A DNA stretch of 64,000 bases, taken from the NCBI GenBank assembly GCA_030141605.1, contig JAQGDQ010000024.1:806001-870000 (forward strand), read 5' to 3'. A model generated the notes under the pieces. The model searched no databases, was not told the origin of the DNA, and saw nothing but the letters and a program-made list of their open reading frames with translations. Each line of letters starts with the position of its first letter. Position 1 is the first letter of the stretch. The stretch comes from Tubiluchus corallicola (Eukaryota; Animalia; Priapulida). Made by a program: the position numbers and the translations under genes. Shown one piece after another: positions 51,401 through 64,000 of this stretch.

Positions 51401-54400
51401 TTGTACACGCAGCCGATAACTATTATAGACGATTACTCTGTATTTGCCCACCATAGGGCGCTACCATACGCCCACAATGCACTCTCTATATAAATCTACG
51501 TTTCAGGAGTCGATTGAATTGCTCAAAAAGAAGTGATAGCACTAAGGCTCAGAAGGGTAGCGAATTGAGCTTATTTACACAAGAGACGAGTGTTTATAAA
51601 CTCCTCGCATCTCCGTGACTGAGGGGATTAAAATTTAACAATTCTCGTTTCAAATAAATTAACAACTCAATTTTGTAGGTCTTCTTCCTTCATTCTACAA
51701 AAACAGGACGTTTTTGCAATTAAAATGTGTTTCTCAGTAGACTAGAAAAGTGATGTGCTAAGCTCAAGAATTATTTTGAAATCGCAACACCGTATAACAT
51801 GCTTACTATGTGCATTCTTTTTTATTTACATTCATTCAGTCAATGCGTCAATATTTTAATTTTCCGTTTTTAATTAAATCGCTGAATTTTCAAAATCGAA
51901 AAACACGATTAAAATAACTATAGGATTATTGCTCCCTTTTTAGTCAGCGAATTGCCAGAAAGCTAACTTAAAAGTAGTTCACCAAGTAATTAAATGTACT
52001 TTGATGACAAAGGCAACCCGATAAAATCAGTAAACCACTACACTAGCAATAAGAACAGGGCTGTCTTTTAATTTCCACAAATTCAAAGTAAAACGATAAA
52101 CCAACACATTTTACATTTTCACTTAAACCCCGGCAGGTTGAAAGCAAGACAAAAGCATGATATTTTAATCATAATTTTTATGATTAATATTAAACGAGAA
52201 TGGAGCTAAAAACATTTGCAACAAAACATAACAATGACTAATGAAATCTTGCAATGCGCCGCCTAAAGGAAGCTGCGGAGCTCTTAAGAGATGACATTAA
52301 TTGTAGGCAGCGCACATGCAAATGTTACGCTGACTGGGGAACTAGATCAGACATAAATGGACTATCAGCCATTGCAAATTCTCCGGCGAATTAAACCAAA
52401 ACTAAGAAGCAGAATACGACTTGGCAGTGCCAGAGCCATCTACAGGCCGCTTGCGGGAAACTTTCGGCTGACATTTCATGAGAACAGAAAACTTGTAAAA
52501 GCTCTTTTTCTCACTCCTCTTTTCGCAACGAAAGAGTGGCTGATCAACAGCTAAACAGAGTTTCATTAATATCGCGAAAAATTTAAAAACTGATTATGAG
52601 ACTGTGTTTTATAATAACGAAGTAAGAGCTTTTCTTTTCGCTGTATAACTATATATTAAACGAATCATACTGAGTTAGCGTGACGATATTAATTAATGAA
52701 ATTGTCCAAAAAATAGCAATTTTGTTTTACCCGCATAAACAAATTTAGTTTTTCAACTACAACAACATGCATATGACATTTAATTCACACACTCAAATTA
52801 AGACGACATTATAATGACAAATTCTAGTTTAATTCAGGCTCTTATCATCATAATTACAATAAATTTAGCAGTGAACAGCTTACAAGTTTAGTCTGTTCTT
52901 TCCACCCACATAACTAAAATTCACAACGTAAATTTGATAAGAACTAGGAAATGTTACCGCAAACCAGCTAGCCAGTTTCATCCCGTTAGCTACCCTTAAC
53001 ACAAACGTATTTTTTAAAACTTTACGGTCCTTGTTGTAAGACTGGCTCAGCCTAAAACATCAACGGAAAGAAAACCAGTTTTCAATAGAATCGCCGTAAG
53101 TTTTACCTGAGTAATCGCTCCTATTCTCCACGCTGCCTGTCACTCAAAGTGCACAAAAGACGGAACCTTTTACCTGTTATTTTAACTATGGCTCTCCATT
53201 GGTGTCTCCAATATAGGAAAAAACCCGGTCAGAATTTTCACGCGAGGAATTTCAAAGAAAGAGGAATGGCCAAGTATGCAACAGTTGCCTGTACAAGACA
53301 GACTGTAACAGCTAAATTTTAACAACGAACAGAAGCTTTCAGAACGTAACCAAACAAAATCAAAAGCTACTTGATAAATCAACAACCATTAAATTAATGC
53401 TGTAGCAAAAAAAGGTTATCTTCCAGAGATTAACATTTTTTCTTCTGACAGAAAGTTTAAGGAATGTTTATGAAGTTCAGAGAAGTGAAAGTAATAGGAA
53501 ATGTTAAACGGAAACTGAAATAAAAAGCGAACAGAAACAAGTGAAGAAATTTCCAAAACGAAATAAAATTATATATAATCGATATTTAAATACAGTCGAT
53601 ATAAATTAGTCGAATAAAGATCTTTCATTAAAAAACAAATACGAAAAAACATATATTTTAAAGTCTATTACATTATTGTGAAAAACAATATGCAAATTCT
53701 TCAAAAAAGTAATTATTTTATGGCGCAAACCAAACCGCCTAACCAAAGTTATAAATGCCACCTTTAAGATCTCAATAAGAGTAAATGCAAGCAGCAGAAC
53801 TAAGACAGCCGGTTGTTGCTAGTCACAAAGATTTGGCAAAAGATTTATTGCATTCCTGTTAGACAGTCAGGCTAAAAACGGGTAATCAGGCACAGTAGAA
53901 TTTTTTCTATAAACTGAGAAACGATAAAAAATACTAGGAATAACAAACTAATGAAACAATGTATTGAAGATGCAGCTTCTTTGCCTAGATTAAGCACCAC
54001 AAAAACGTCATATTAATTCTTAGTTTGGTGGCTTTCATAAGCTACATGCTCAGCCAAGAAAAAGCTCAACTAAACAAAAGTGCAAAAAATCTTGGGAGCT
54101 ACTGTCTGCGACGAAATGAAATGGTTTTATTAAAGGCAAATTTTAAAAGTAAATTGTCAGATAAAGTGTCAAATAAACGATCGTCTCGCAAAACAAGTCC
54201 TTTGACATAAGGTCAACAAGGAACGGAGGTCAGTGAATGTAGACTGCATCTACTGTGTTTCTATGGGGATCACCCGCCTTGCTAAATCAGTTCAGTGGTT
54301 CTGTGTACACCCCTGACATTTAACTGGCATTGGTGTGGGTGAGCCACTACGTCCCCAATAAAATGGACAGTAAAACAAAAACAAAATCACATTCTGAACT

Positions 54401-55319
54401 TCAAACAACCATGTAAACCCCACAGCATATAATTCTATAAGGTCTGTGGTGGTCCTTAAAAATATTTTCTTTGCCATGTAACTAATACAACAAATAGAAA
54501 CCCACAAATATATTCATTGGAACTAATGCATCTATTAATGGGCGGGCCGGCATCCTACTTGATTGATAACTAATCACTGATTAACATCTGGCCAACAAAG
54601 AATAGTCCTGGGACAATTTTTCCATATTGAGTACTCAGCATGGTCACGAGAATGTCAGTTCAGAATGGATGGAATAAGACAAACTAATAGCCCATGGTAC
54701 AAACTACAAAAGCTGGCAATTCTTAGAAGTAACTAACATAGCTAAGCATAATAGGCGCATGCTAATAAACATGATTTCATGTATGTGTGGGTAATCTTCC
54801 TAGCTTAATATAAATTATAAATTCGTTGTATGAGTACTAAAGGCAAGGAATGACTGTTAATTGAATGTGAATCACTCTTCATGCAAGGCAGTTATTAATA
54901 TTTACATGTACACTTATCTCCAAGCCACTATAATCGATCCACAGCTTTAAAAGCTAAAATATTATGCTATCCAGTATACTGAACAGCAGATAAGTGCATT
55001 GTAACGCTTTTATATTTATAAAAAATCGCAATTATGATATTGTAAAAAACAGAAATACAAACCTTCATTTCTAAATGACTTCCTTTCTTGGCGAAAAATC
55101 TGAGTTTGGAGATGATCATTCCTGCAAAAATAAAAATTAAATGTGATTACAAAACAAACACTTAAAAAGCGTTAAAGTTGACAATAACTCGCCACATTCA
55201 AATCGCTTGGCATTTAACGATACATACAAACAAGGAGACCAGGAGCTAAGGCAACATAAAAGCCAACAGACCAATACACGACTGCCAGGTAATATTACAG
55301 TAACAACAATAATACAAAC

Positions 55320-55396
55320 TATTATTATTATTATTATTAATATTGTTATTATTATTATTGTTATTATTATTATTATTGTTGCTGTTGTTGTTGTTG

Positions 55397-55434
<38 letters not shown>

Positions 55435-55457
55435 GTTATTATTATTATTATTATTAA
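55320..55457. repeat. (ATT)n/(GTT)n trinucleotide microsatellite
   Basis: attattatt...gttgttgtt...attattatt. It explains the poly-Ile ORFs. Confidence 0.97.
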
Positions 55458-58400
55458 TTGTTGCGACTTGGGCAACAATCCACCTAATTACCTAAACAGT
55501 CCGTTTTCTGTGTAAACTAACGAAGTTTTCCTGCAATTAGACCCAAGCTTCATATAATGCACATGTATAATTTTCTCCAAGAAAAGATTTTGTTTATTTG
55601 AGCTCGGACACAGACGAGTGATTTCATATTTTCTCTAAAAAAACACGTCTGCCTATGACACAAAAGATGCGAAGTCGCTTCGTTAGGGCAGTCAGAATCC
55701 TGGACAAAATGAAAGAGTAATTTGATCACCAAATACTACAGATTATCATTTAGCTGCACAGAAAAAGAGGAAGAAGATAATTATTCTGATGGCGCACGAT
55801 TGAGAGGGAGATGATGAGAAATGTGTATGGCTAGAAATAGCAGTGTTGAAATTGAACATGTGAAGTGCATCCAACAAACGAGTTTACCGTAAAAAATCGA
55901 AAATCGAAGATGACTTTAAGGAAATTTGATACAATCTAGCAAAAAAAACAATAAATCGCTTGTTATCATTTTAGGACATCACTGAAGATCAGGATACTAT
56001 GTCTAGTTATTGGTTCAAGAAAACAATGGACTCGTACGAAAGTTTAATGAATAGATCATTTATAGTCTGATTCTGAAATTTGAAAGAAAAAACTTAAAAC
56101 TAAAATTCAGAAAGAAACTCTCGCTGACCACTTAGTGACTGACCCAGCACATGTTGGATTAATTTAATATCAATGCAAGTTATATGTGGCATATAGCTAA
56201 TGTAAGAAAGTCCAAGACAGCAACAGTTACATGCATACAAGCAGACCATCAAAGTTCATCAGTTAAAAACTATGTATCAAATGTTTAGTTGTTCGTTTGA
56301 AGCTAATTCTTGCTCAACTAGGTCTACAGCCCAGCAGCTGTAGGACTCCAAAATAACATGCGGCTATAAAGCGGGCACCTGCACAAAAGCAGTTACGCTA
56401 GTAGACAGGTAAGGAAAACATAAGCGTACAATAATGACACGTTTACCTTGTTCTTCAAGGAATGGGGGGCATTGTTATAAAGGGGTAACAGCCTGTGTGG
56501 ATAACAGCGAAGAAATTGTTTTACCTTTGGTTTTTTTAAGTAGTACTAACAAAAATGTTGCTCTTTCCTGTTGCAAAACGTGTGAAAACGTTTGCTGCGC
56601 ATTATTTCAATGGAAATGAAATGAAAGCATTCGAACCCGAAACACCGCGTTGGCTGAAAACAGAAATCAGCTCAATGACCCATGGAAATTCTTCGCTGTC
56701 ACGCTACAGGTATGTATTTCTGGTGAACTGCCTCAGTAATAGCTTTAATTAAAAATTATTTTACTGTAACGGAAAGTTGTTTTCTTTTTAATTCAAAAAA
56801 ATAATTTACGCACAAATATTAGACTTGTAACAATCGTAGCGGCTCTGATTTTATCACGAAAAGCCGCTTCTTTTTAAATAATATAACAATTGTAAAAAAA
56901 GTAGCGGCAGTTAGTCGAAGTTTAACTGGTTTAATGCGAACTAAATAAACTAAAAGCAAGCTTGAAATGCAATCATACTGCCATAGAGAAATCTATAATC
57001 GTACTCATACATATCCCCTTACAGCAGCATCCAGCAAGGACAGATGGCGAAGATATTTATTGTAAGCACTTCAGTAAAAACAAATTTACTAAGTTATATA
57101 TATATATCTGTTTATGTACACGGTAATGAAGCTATTTGAATGTTTCAAACTTAGTGTTGAGTCGAGTCGAGTAAGCCTTACTTCTGCTATCAAAAGCATT
57201 GCTCAGTTTTAATTCTTATCTTATAGCTTCGATTTTAAAATACGCCAAAGACTTTCTGTAAATTCGTTGCATTACAGAAAGGACGAATTCCCAATAGCAG
57301 AGACTAATTCCATCAAAGTGCAAAGCCTTAGACTGCCTGGCGTGGGATGATGAGGACGAAAGGCAAATACGTAACGTAAAAAAGGGGATTTTTTTATAGG
57401 ATACATGATTTTACAGAATCAGAATCTCCTCAGTATTTTAACAGCAAGTGGTTAAACTGGCACGGGTGACAATGGGTTCAAAGGTCTATGGGGGGGGGGG
57501 GGCTGAGTGGATTAGTATGGGAATTACCTCAAGACTCTCATGAAGCGCCCGTGCTGTTAGAGCCTAATTTTGAAAAAAACGCATCAAATTGACAGAATCA
57601 GCTGTGCTGTTTTATACTTCGGCAGAGATTTGAACTTATTTGTCGGAAAGTTGTGGTTGAAAGGGCTAAAAAGGCCGTTTAATATAGATTTAATATATAT
57701 ATATATATATAGTTAAGCTCGCAGTAAACATAAAAGCTTTCTAAAAAATCAAAAATATTATCCAAATATTACCGGCTGAAAGTAGGAGCCTTGCCTTTCT
57801 CCCAAAGAAGCAGTATAAATAATATGAAAAAGTCTCCGTTAAAAACATTGGTCAAAGTGGCCCCAAATCGAAAAACACAGCGACATGCTTTATTTGATCA
57901 CACCAACAATTTATGTAACTACAACGCTAGACGAGTAAATCGTATTTATGACAATGAACTGTTCATCACAGCCTTTTTTCGGCCACGGGTCATTGAAACA
58001 CATTAGTCCTCAAACTTATTTATAATTATTGTATAAGTGGATAGAATTTTTTATCATTTTCTTCATTGACGACAAATAATTGAATTCACTTTAATCATCC
58101 ACTATATTCAAATGCAACTGCAAAAGCAAACAGCCAAAAATATCTTTCACATTAACTCCAACAACAATAGACTACCTGCCTTAATTTGATACAACATATT
58201 CATGGGATATGTCGCGTTTACTTCACCAATAGATACACACTGATTTTTCACCTAAAACTAGTTTCAAGAAATATACGTCTTAGTACATGTGTACAATATG
58301 GAAGGCAAAAAATTTTAAAATAAGCTCGAGCACTTTCAAGGCATGATTGGCACTTAGGCACAGCGTTCAATGAACATAGTACAAACACTAAAAATTGTCA

Positions 58401-59395
58401 ACAGCAAAAATTGTTCTGATAATATGTTCGGAAACCCTTTAGCATTTTCTAGGTTTGTATTGTGTAGCTCAGTAGCTGCACGTTTAAACAAGTGTGTTAA
58501 TTAAGAAAGTGAGACACTTTTAAATAAGTGCAACTGGTAACATATCAACCAAGATGTTAACTTAAAAAAACTATCTGTAATCAGCTAGTTCTCAGGTGTT
58601 AATGACGCTTATAGATCACGTGGCGAGTGTGTTTTAATTACGATTGCACAATCCTAAACGTATAATGAAAAATAGTATGGATTGCACTCAGTGTGAACTC
58701 AAATTGTGCAGCTCTTAACTTGAGACATCAATAATAAATAATTTCATACAGCAGTTATGTGTCGCCTGCATCTGACCAGACAGTAAAGACTGTGAAAATA
58801 TTACCTAGACAAAGACTTTTCTTAAAGGCAGTTAACTGCAGCGAAAGATGCGACACGACCTACTAGCGACATCTGCCGTAAAAAACACCAAGTGGCGGCG
58901 AACCAAAATTTGCAATGCGAGACAATGAAGCCTACAGAAAGTCGTGTATTTGGGAAGCCATGAAAAATGTTAAATTAACGCCGATTTTGCATGTAATTTC
59001 GCGGAAATGGTGGGCTACGCAAGCGAGCTCAACTGTGATTGGTAAATGCAAATGAAACGGGTTGAGAAGCCAGTAATGCATACACAGTTTTGACAAACCC
59101 TTAAGGTCTTTTACGCTGATAAATACAAGAGCTAATACATGGATTGTCAGTTGGCAGCTATGATCAGTAATGAACGAAATAACTAAAGTAATGGACACAC
59201 ATTATACTTAGATACCTAGATAAAGTTAACAATATCCCAATATTGAGATCATATTAATTATTATAGTCTTAATGTCGAGGTTATTGTTATTAATATCAGG
59301 CAATTAATTAAATTTTGATACCAAACATTGAAAGATAGAAATGTAAAAAAATTGGAATGTAAAACTGATGAACTTTGGGTAGGCTTGACCAACCA

Positions 59396-59472
59396 GGAAT
59401 GCAATGGCCTAGTGGTCTAAGTCGTTTGTAATATAACAGAAGGTCCCTGGTTCAAATCCAGGTTACATTCCA
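59396..59472 (+). pseudogene. tRNA-like sequence (tRNA pseudogene or tRNA-derived SINE head)
   Basis: A-box TGGCCTAGTGG (59405) and B-box GGTTCAAATCC (59449), with a perfect T-stem CCTGG/CCAGG. The acceptor stem GGAATG.AA/TT.CATTCC and anticodon stem TTTGT/ACAGA are present. The anticodon loop is an aberrant 6 nt (AATATA) and the D-stem has a mismatch. Confidence 0.7.
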
Positions 59473-60201
59473 ACCTGTTGACATTCCTGTCTCTCAATTT
59501 TAGCATTTAAATTTAGTTTATAACATCAAAATGTGGCTGTGTTCATTATCCAGCAAAAAGTAGTCGATAATATGAACTAATATAAAACTTATAAGCATTC
59601 TGGAAAATCTGGAGCGTAACATTAGTCTAACAGACCACAAGCAGTTGTGTAAGGTCAAAAAACGGCACAAATCGGTTAATAAAAGCAAAAATAAAAACGC
59701 AAAAAGGATCCTAAAAATTAACACCATTAATAATTGAAATTTCTGCAGCAAAACCTACTCAAATTTTAATTTGCAACACGGAATGTCTACGCTGCGAATT
59801 TATGAAACCTTTCAATTTCGCTCAAGGCCTAACGTAATAATGACGCCACTTAGCGTAATTGTAATAAAATATAGTTCAAATGCAAATTAACATGTTTCAG
59901 CAGATTAAACCAGAAATTGAAATTGCATTATTTGTCAAGACATGTTTCAATTATGCCTTAGTTAAGTACAATTCAGTAACACTGATTGAGTAATTTCACG
60001 CCTGAATAATAGCTCTATGCGAATAAGGTATAGTTGCGTAATAAATATCATTCTCTCTTCATTAAAAATTGTTGTCATTAAGCTCGTTAGCATTTCGGAA
60101 CAGTTTACGGAAAAAGCGAAAAACGATATTAAAATATTCGTCCTGCAGATGAAGCTGATTTCGCAATCTCTCTCAGCATGCGCAGCTTTCAGTGTGGCGC
60201 T

Positions 60202-60412
60202 GTTGCACAGTGAACATGATTTATCAAACAATGCGCCCTTATAGTATGACAACGTTGTACTGTGAATACGATTTGCCAAACAATGGAGCCTTACAGTATG
60301 ACACTGTTGAACAGTGAACACGATTTAACAAACAATGCAGCCCTATAGTATGACAATGTTGAACAGTGAACACGATTCAATAAACAATGCAGCCCTATAG
60401 TATGACAAAGTT
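60202..60412. repeat. Minisatellite, 52 bp x4
   Basis: gttgaacagtgaacacgatttaacaaacaatgcagccctatagtatgacaat-like units start at 60202, 60254, 60306 and 60358. Confidence 0.95.
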
Positions 60413-60528
60413 TTGCTGCACTTACTGAAAACTAGAATGTAAAATTCTGCTTCGGTCGCAAATTCAGACACTGACCTCCTGCAAAAATATGCTCTTAAGA
60501 CAGGCTAAACTTATTTTTTAAAATCTAA

Positions 60529-60618
60529 TACACACATACGCACACGTACATGCACACGCACACACACGCACACACACACATAGAATATAACCCACACACA
60601 CACACATGGAATATAACC
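60529..60618. repeat. Imperfect (CA)n microsatellite with a short internal duplication
   Basis: acacacatacgcacacg...cacacacacat(a/g)gaatataacc occurs twice. Confidence 0.85.
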
Positions 60619-63600
60619 AACAATCACACAGGGTAACAAATCAATCAACTGTCTGACTGACTAGCCAGACTAAGCAAAAGCAACAAACCAGGTAACAAGC
60701 TGATTAATAAAGGTATACACGTCAACAAATAAACGAGCAAATCAAGTAATAAACAAAGTTAAAAGGGAAGAAAAGGGAATTTTAAAGTATATCCCAAAAA
60801 ACTTTCCATACAAAGTTATATTACATGTACTTAACATTATGCTTACCTTTTTGAAAACATGTGTACTTGACTTATTGACAAGATAAAGAAAATTAAACGT
60901 TTGCTAAGTTAGAGATGTGTTACGAATTTTCTGCTTATTTTTTCAAACTTTATGCAATGTTGTCTAAACTTGTTTCAAACAACCTACTGTTAAAATGGCT
61001 GCTAATTAAAGTGTACAAATCATCCATCTATGACAGGGGTATCAAGAGTTAACTAAACTGGTAAACAATAGGTTATGGGTGCACGACCTAGAATAGTTGA
61101 CCCTGTCAGAGATATCAAAAAGTACTGATCAACAAAACAACGTCATAATCTGTAATAGTTAACCAAACCGTTATAAATTCTCAAACAGTCGGTGAAAAAA
61201 TAGTTCGCCAAATAATTAAAAAGATCGGGAAAGCTATCCAGATCATCCAAGATGAAGCGAAATCTGTGAAGTTTGTCGACGTCTTTAACTTATCTAAAAT
61301 GAAGAAAACAACTAGCCGGCAGGACTTGGCAGCAACGATAAAAACAGGATAATTTATTCCGGCATATAGTCAAAATAACGGAAACTCACGCGTATATATG
61401 GCGAAAAATTAAACAACGAATTCTTACAAATTTGACAAACTAGCTGAAACTTTTTCTACTATCTTCTACTCGAGTGTTAACAAAGATGCGTGAAAAATTA
61501 AAACAAGAAATGACACGTTATGTCCTTGGAGTTTGCTTAGCTGCAGTGGACTACTAATGAATTACATTACGAATTGATGAATGTTACCGTTCAGTACTAT
61601 AAGTGCATTATGACAGTAGTTACTGAGGCGTGAAGAAATAAAGTACACAAATTCATGCCGATATAGATTATAAATGCAGATCCAGCACCAGACGCCATAA
61701 AAACACGATAGCAGTGCATATATAATGAATATTGTTCATATAAATACGACTGTGGTGATGACGTTTCAGTGTCCTATAACCAATCACTAAAACAGTACAA
61801 AATGACGTACGTGTAGCCTACACTGTGCAAACTACAGACACACACCCACAAATATAATGAAACCTACGTATTATAACTATCAAAAAAGCATAGGTCTGTT
61901 AAATACGTAAAACTATGATAAAATGATAAAATCTATTGAGCCTGACACAAATAATAAAGAGAAGATACTGCATTCGTGTAGTGATTTAACATTAATGCAA
62001 CTCCTATATTATTGTTGAGCACGTACATGTATTGAACAATATATCCATTAACTCTGATAGCCTTCATCTAACGCTTTAACCATAGCACCCAATCTATTTA
62101 ACAATTGTGCTAAACCAGTCTTAAACCATAATGTGCTTCTGGTACCACTGAGAAAAAACTTCATCATTTCGAAGCCTTTGTGTTCAGAAATCAAAATCAA
62201 GATTTCCATCACTGATACTGATGGCTATTTTCTGAATTTCTTGAGTTAATGAATTAATGTGCGTTAATGCAGTAATGCAATAATTCATAGGAAATCAATA
62301 CACTGTTATTTTCCCGATAATTATTTGGAGTTTATCATAGCTTAAAATCTGAAATTATTTGGTTGAAATGAAAACGCTTTTAATACGCACAATATTCACG
62401 CCAGACGCAGACAGCACTGTATGACCACTCACCACAATACCAATTAAGAAATGTTAATTTTATTTATGTAATTACGCAAGTAAGATAAAGAACCGCCGAT
62501 AGGATCATTGAATCACGTGATCAGCTTGAAACGCATGTTTTTAACTATATAATCCAGTCAGTAACCTACTATATCACCCCAGCCAATTCAACTTGTGAAA
62601 TTTACAAATTTTATGTCCCATAACCCGTTATAACAACATATACATTCACAATAACAATAAACTAAGTTTTCAGCAAACATCAGTCAGTGTCGATTTAATA
62701 GAAATCAAAGAAAACCAATCATTCACACCAACTTTGTATAAAACTCGTGAGTCTCGGAGCTTACTAAAATTTTGTAGATTCTGTGTTTCGTTTGTGAATG
62801 ACGCGGCACGTACGAAATCTGGAAAAAATTGATGTACTAAACTGATTTTGGGAAATTCTAGAACGCCGGGATTTCACTGGCAAGTCACAGAAGCATAGAA
62901 AGATAAACGGTTATAGAATATGGGATTCCATCTCGTCTACAACTCTGCACCCTGGCAAAAAGACCACCAACAGTGAGCTGGGAGGCAATAAAGGTGTACA
63001 TTCATATGTAGATAAACATACGTATATGTGATCGGCTTTTTATTACGGTTTCTTGCGCAGTCAGCAGAAAAAAAGTGATTAATTCAAAGGCATAAAATTT
63101 CGCCTGCACGCACCGCTGCTTATGAAAAGACATAACGAGAAAATTAAGCAGCAATTGCCGGTAATAATAATATTAATTATTAAACATTCTTTGTCCTGTT
63201 CATTAATTTTTCAAATCAAATTAACTGTTTTAATGCCATAAACATAATTTTCCCCAATTTCATAAAAGGCAAAAATAATTATTCGTTCAGTAATTATCGG
63301 CTTGAAGTGAACGTGAAAAAACAGCAGCAATATATGCCATATTTGCATAGGTTGCCCTCTCCTTCTCATTAAGAAACGTGGATCAAGTTACGAAAGAAAT
63401 AACCGAAATAATCTCTCTTCCCGTCTTCATTTATAATTGAAGAAAGTTGAAGGTTATCTAGAAAGACGAGGCCTCTTTGGTAATATACTCACCTGTAGAC
63501 AATGGGCGCGGATTTTATTCATAACGAACCCACCTGCCGTTTGCATAATCAGGCTTAATTTTTGTTCTCCTCCAGCAAGGTTACAGGTTAAATAGTCGAC

Positions 63601-64000
63601 AAGTCATAGCGTCAAAGGGCACTTACAGTGGGTGATATAAAAATCAATACGATATCGTGACAGTTATACATGCAAATTGTATGCAAAAATCAATTTTAAA
63701 TGAAGGTGATCCAAAAATAATGATTACAACAATGCCCATAGAATTACATTCTAAACTCGATCCTTTGGCAAAGACAAGCCGTAGCTAGCAGTTTGTTCAC
63801 TTGTATGCTTGCTTACTTACTAGCTTAAATTGCGGTTTTGACACGTACTTTTTACTGAAAGAAAACGCTAGATTTATAGAATTGCAAAAAGGCAGTAAGC
63901 TTGCGCGATTCAGTTTTTGAATTTCTGAAAGCGAAATATTTGACCAAACAAATAATTCAACCTCTGAAAAACGGAAACATCGAGATTTACAGAAAGTATT

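Noticed and set aside
55137-55515. Poly-Ile/Val/Thr ORFs that look like membrane proteins
   Set aside because: Translations of an (ATT)n/(GTT)n microsatellite.
57345-57372. TGATGAGGACGAAAGGCAAA resembling a hammerhead ribozyme core
   Set aside because: It lacks the C of CUGAUGA, stem II does not pair, and there are no stems I or III.
60202-60412. Regular repeat resembling a CRISPR array
   Set aside because: Whole 52-bp units repeat with no unique spacers. The context is eukaryotic and there are no cas genes.
61758-61796. Minus-strand GAAACGTC suggesting a Penelope-type minimal hammerhead
   Set aside because: The CUGANGA box is absent (GTGATTG) and the stems are unconvincing.

Overview
This is AT-rich animal (invertebrate, probably protostome) nuclear DNA, not prokaryotic. 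The only convincing protein-coding sequence is one 3.1-kb minus-strand exon (39097..35965). It carries the start codon and the N-terminal ~1028 aa of a ZFHX3/ZFHX4/zfh2-family zinc-finger homeobox transcription factor, with about 10 C2H2/U1-type fingers and a polyQ/H tract; the homeodomains lie outside the window. The rest appears to be that gene's very long downstream intron (1..35964) and its upstream intron/regulatory territory (39098..64000). These regions contain microsatellites, short tandem duplications, decayed tRNA- and 5S-derived Pol III (SINE-like) heads, and clusters of homeodomain/POU motifs. The most unusual signals are: (i) three diverged copies of a ~250-350 bp GC-rich module at 1.9-2.1, 3.3-3.5 and 6.5-6.8 kb; (ii) three 5-10 nt candidate micro-exons with strong splice signals in the zfh2 sense, two of them inside those modules; (iii) a three-ATG uORF ending 2 nt before the main ATG; (iv) tandem in-frame donors and a possible zero-length (recursive) splice site; and (v) a chimeric tRNA/5S Pol III element. 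All non-coding calls were made by eye and need alignment or RNA-seq confirmation.
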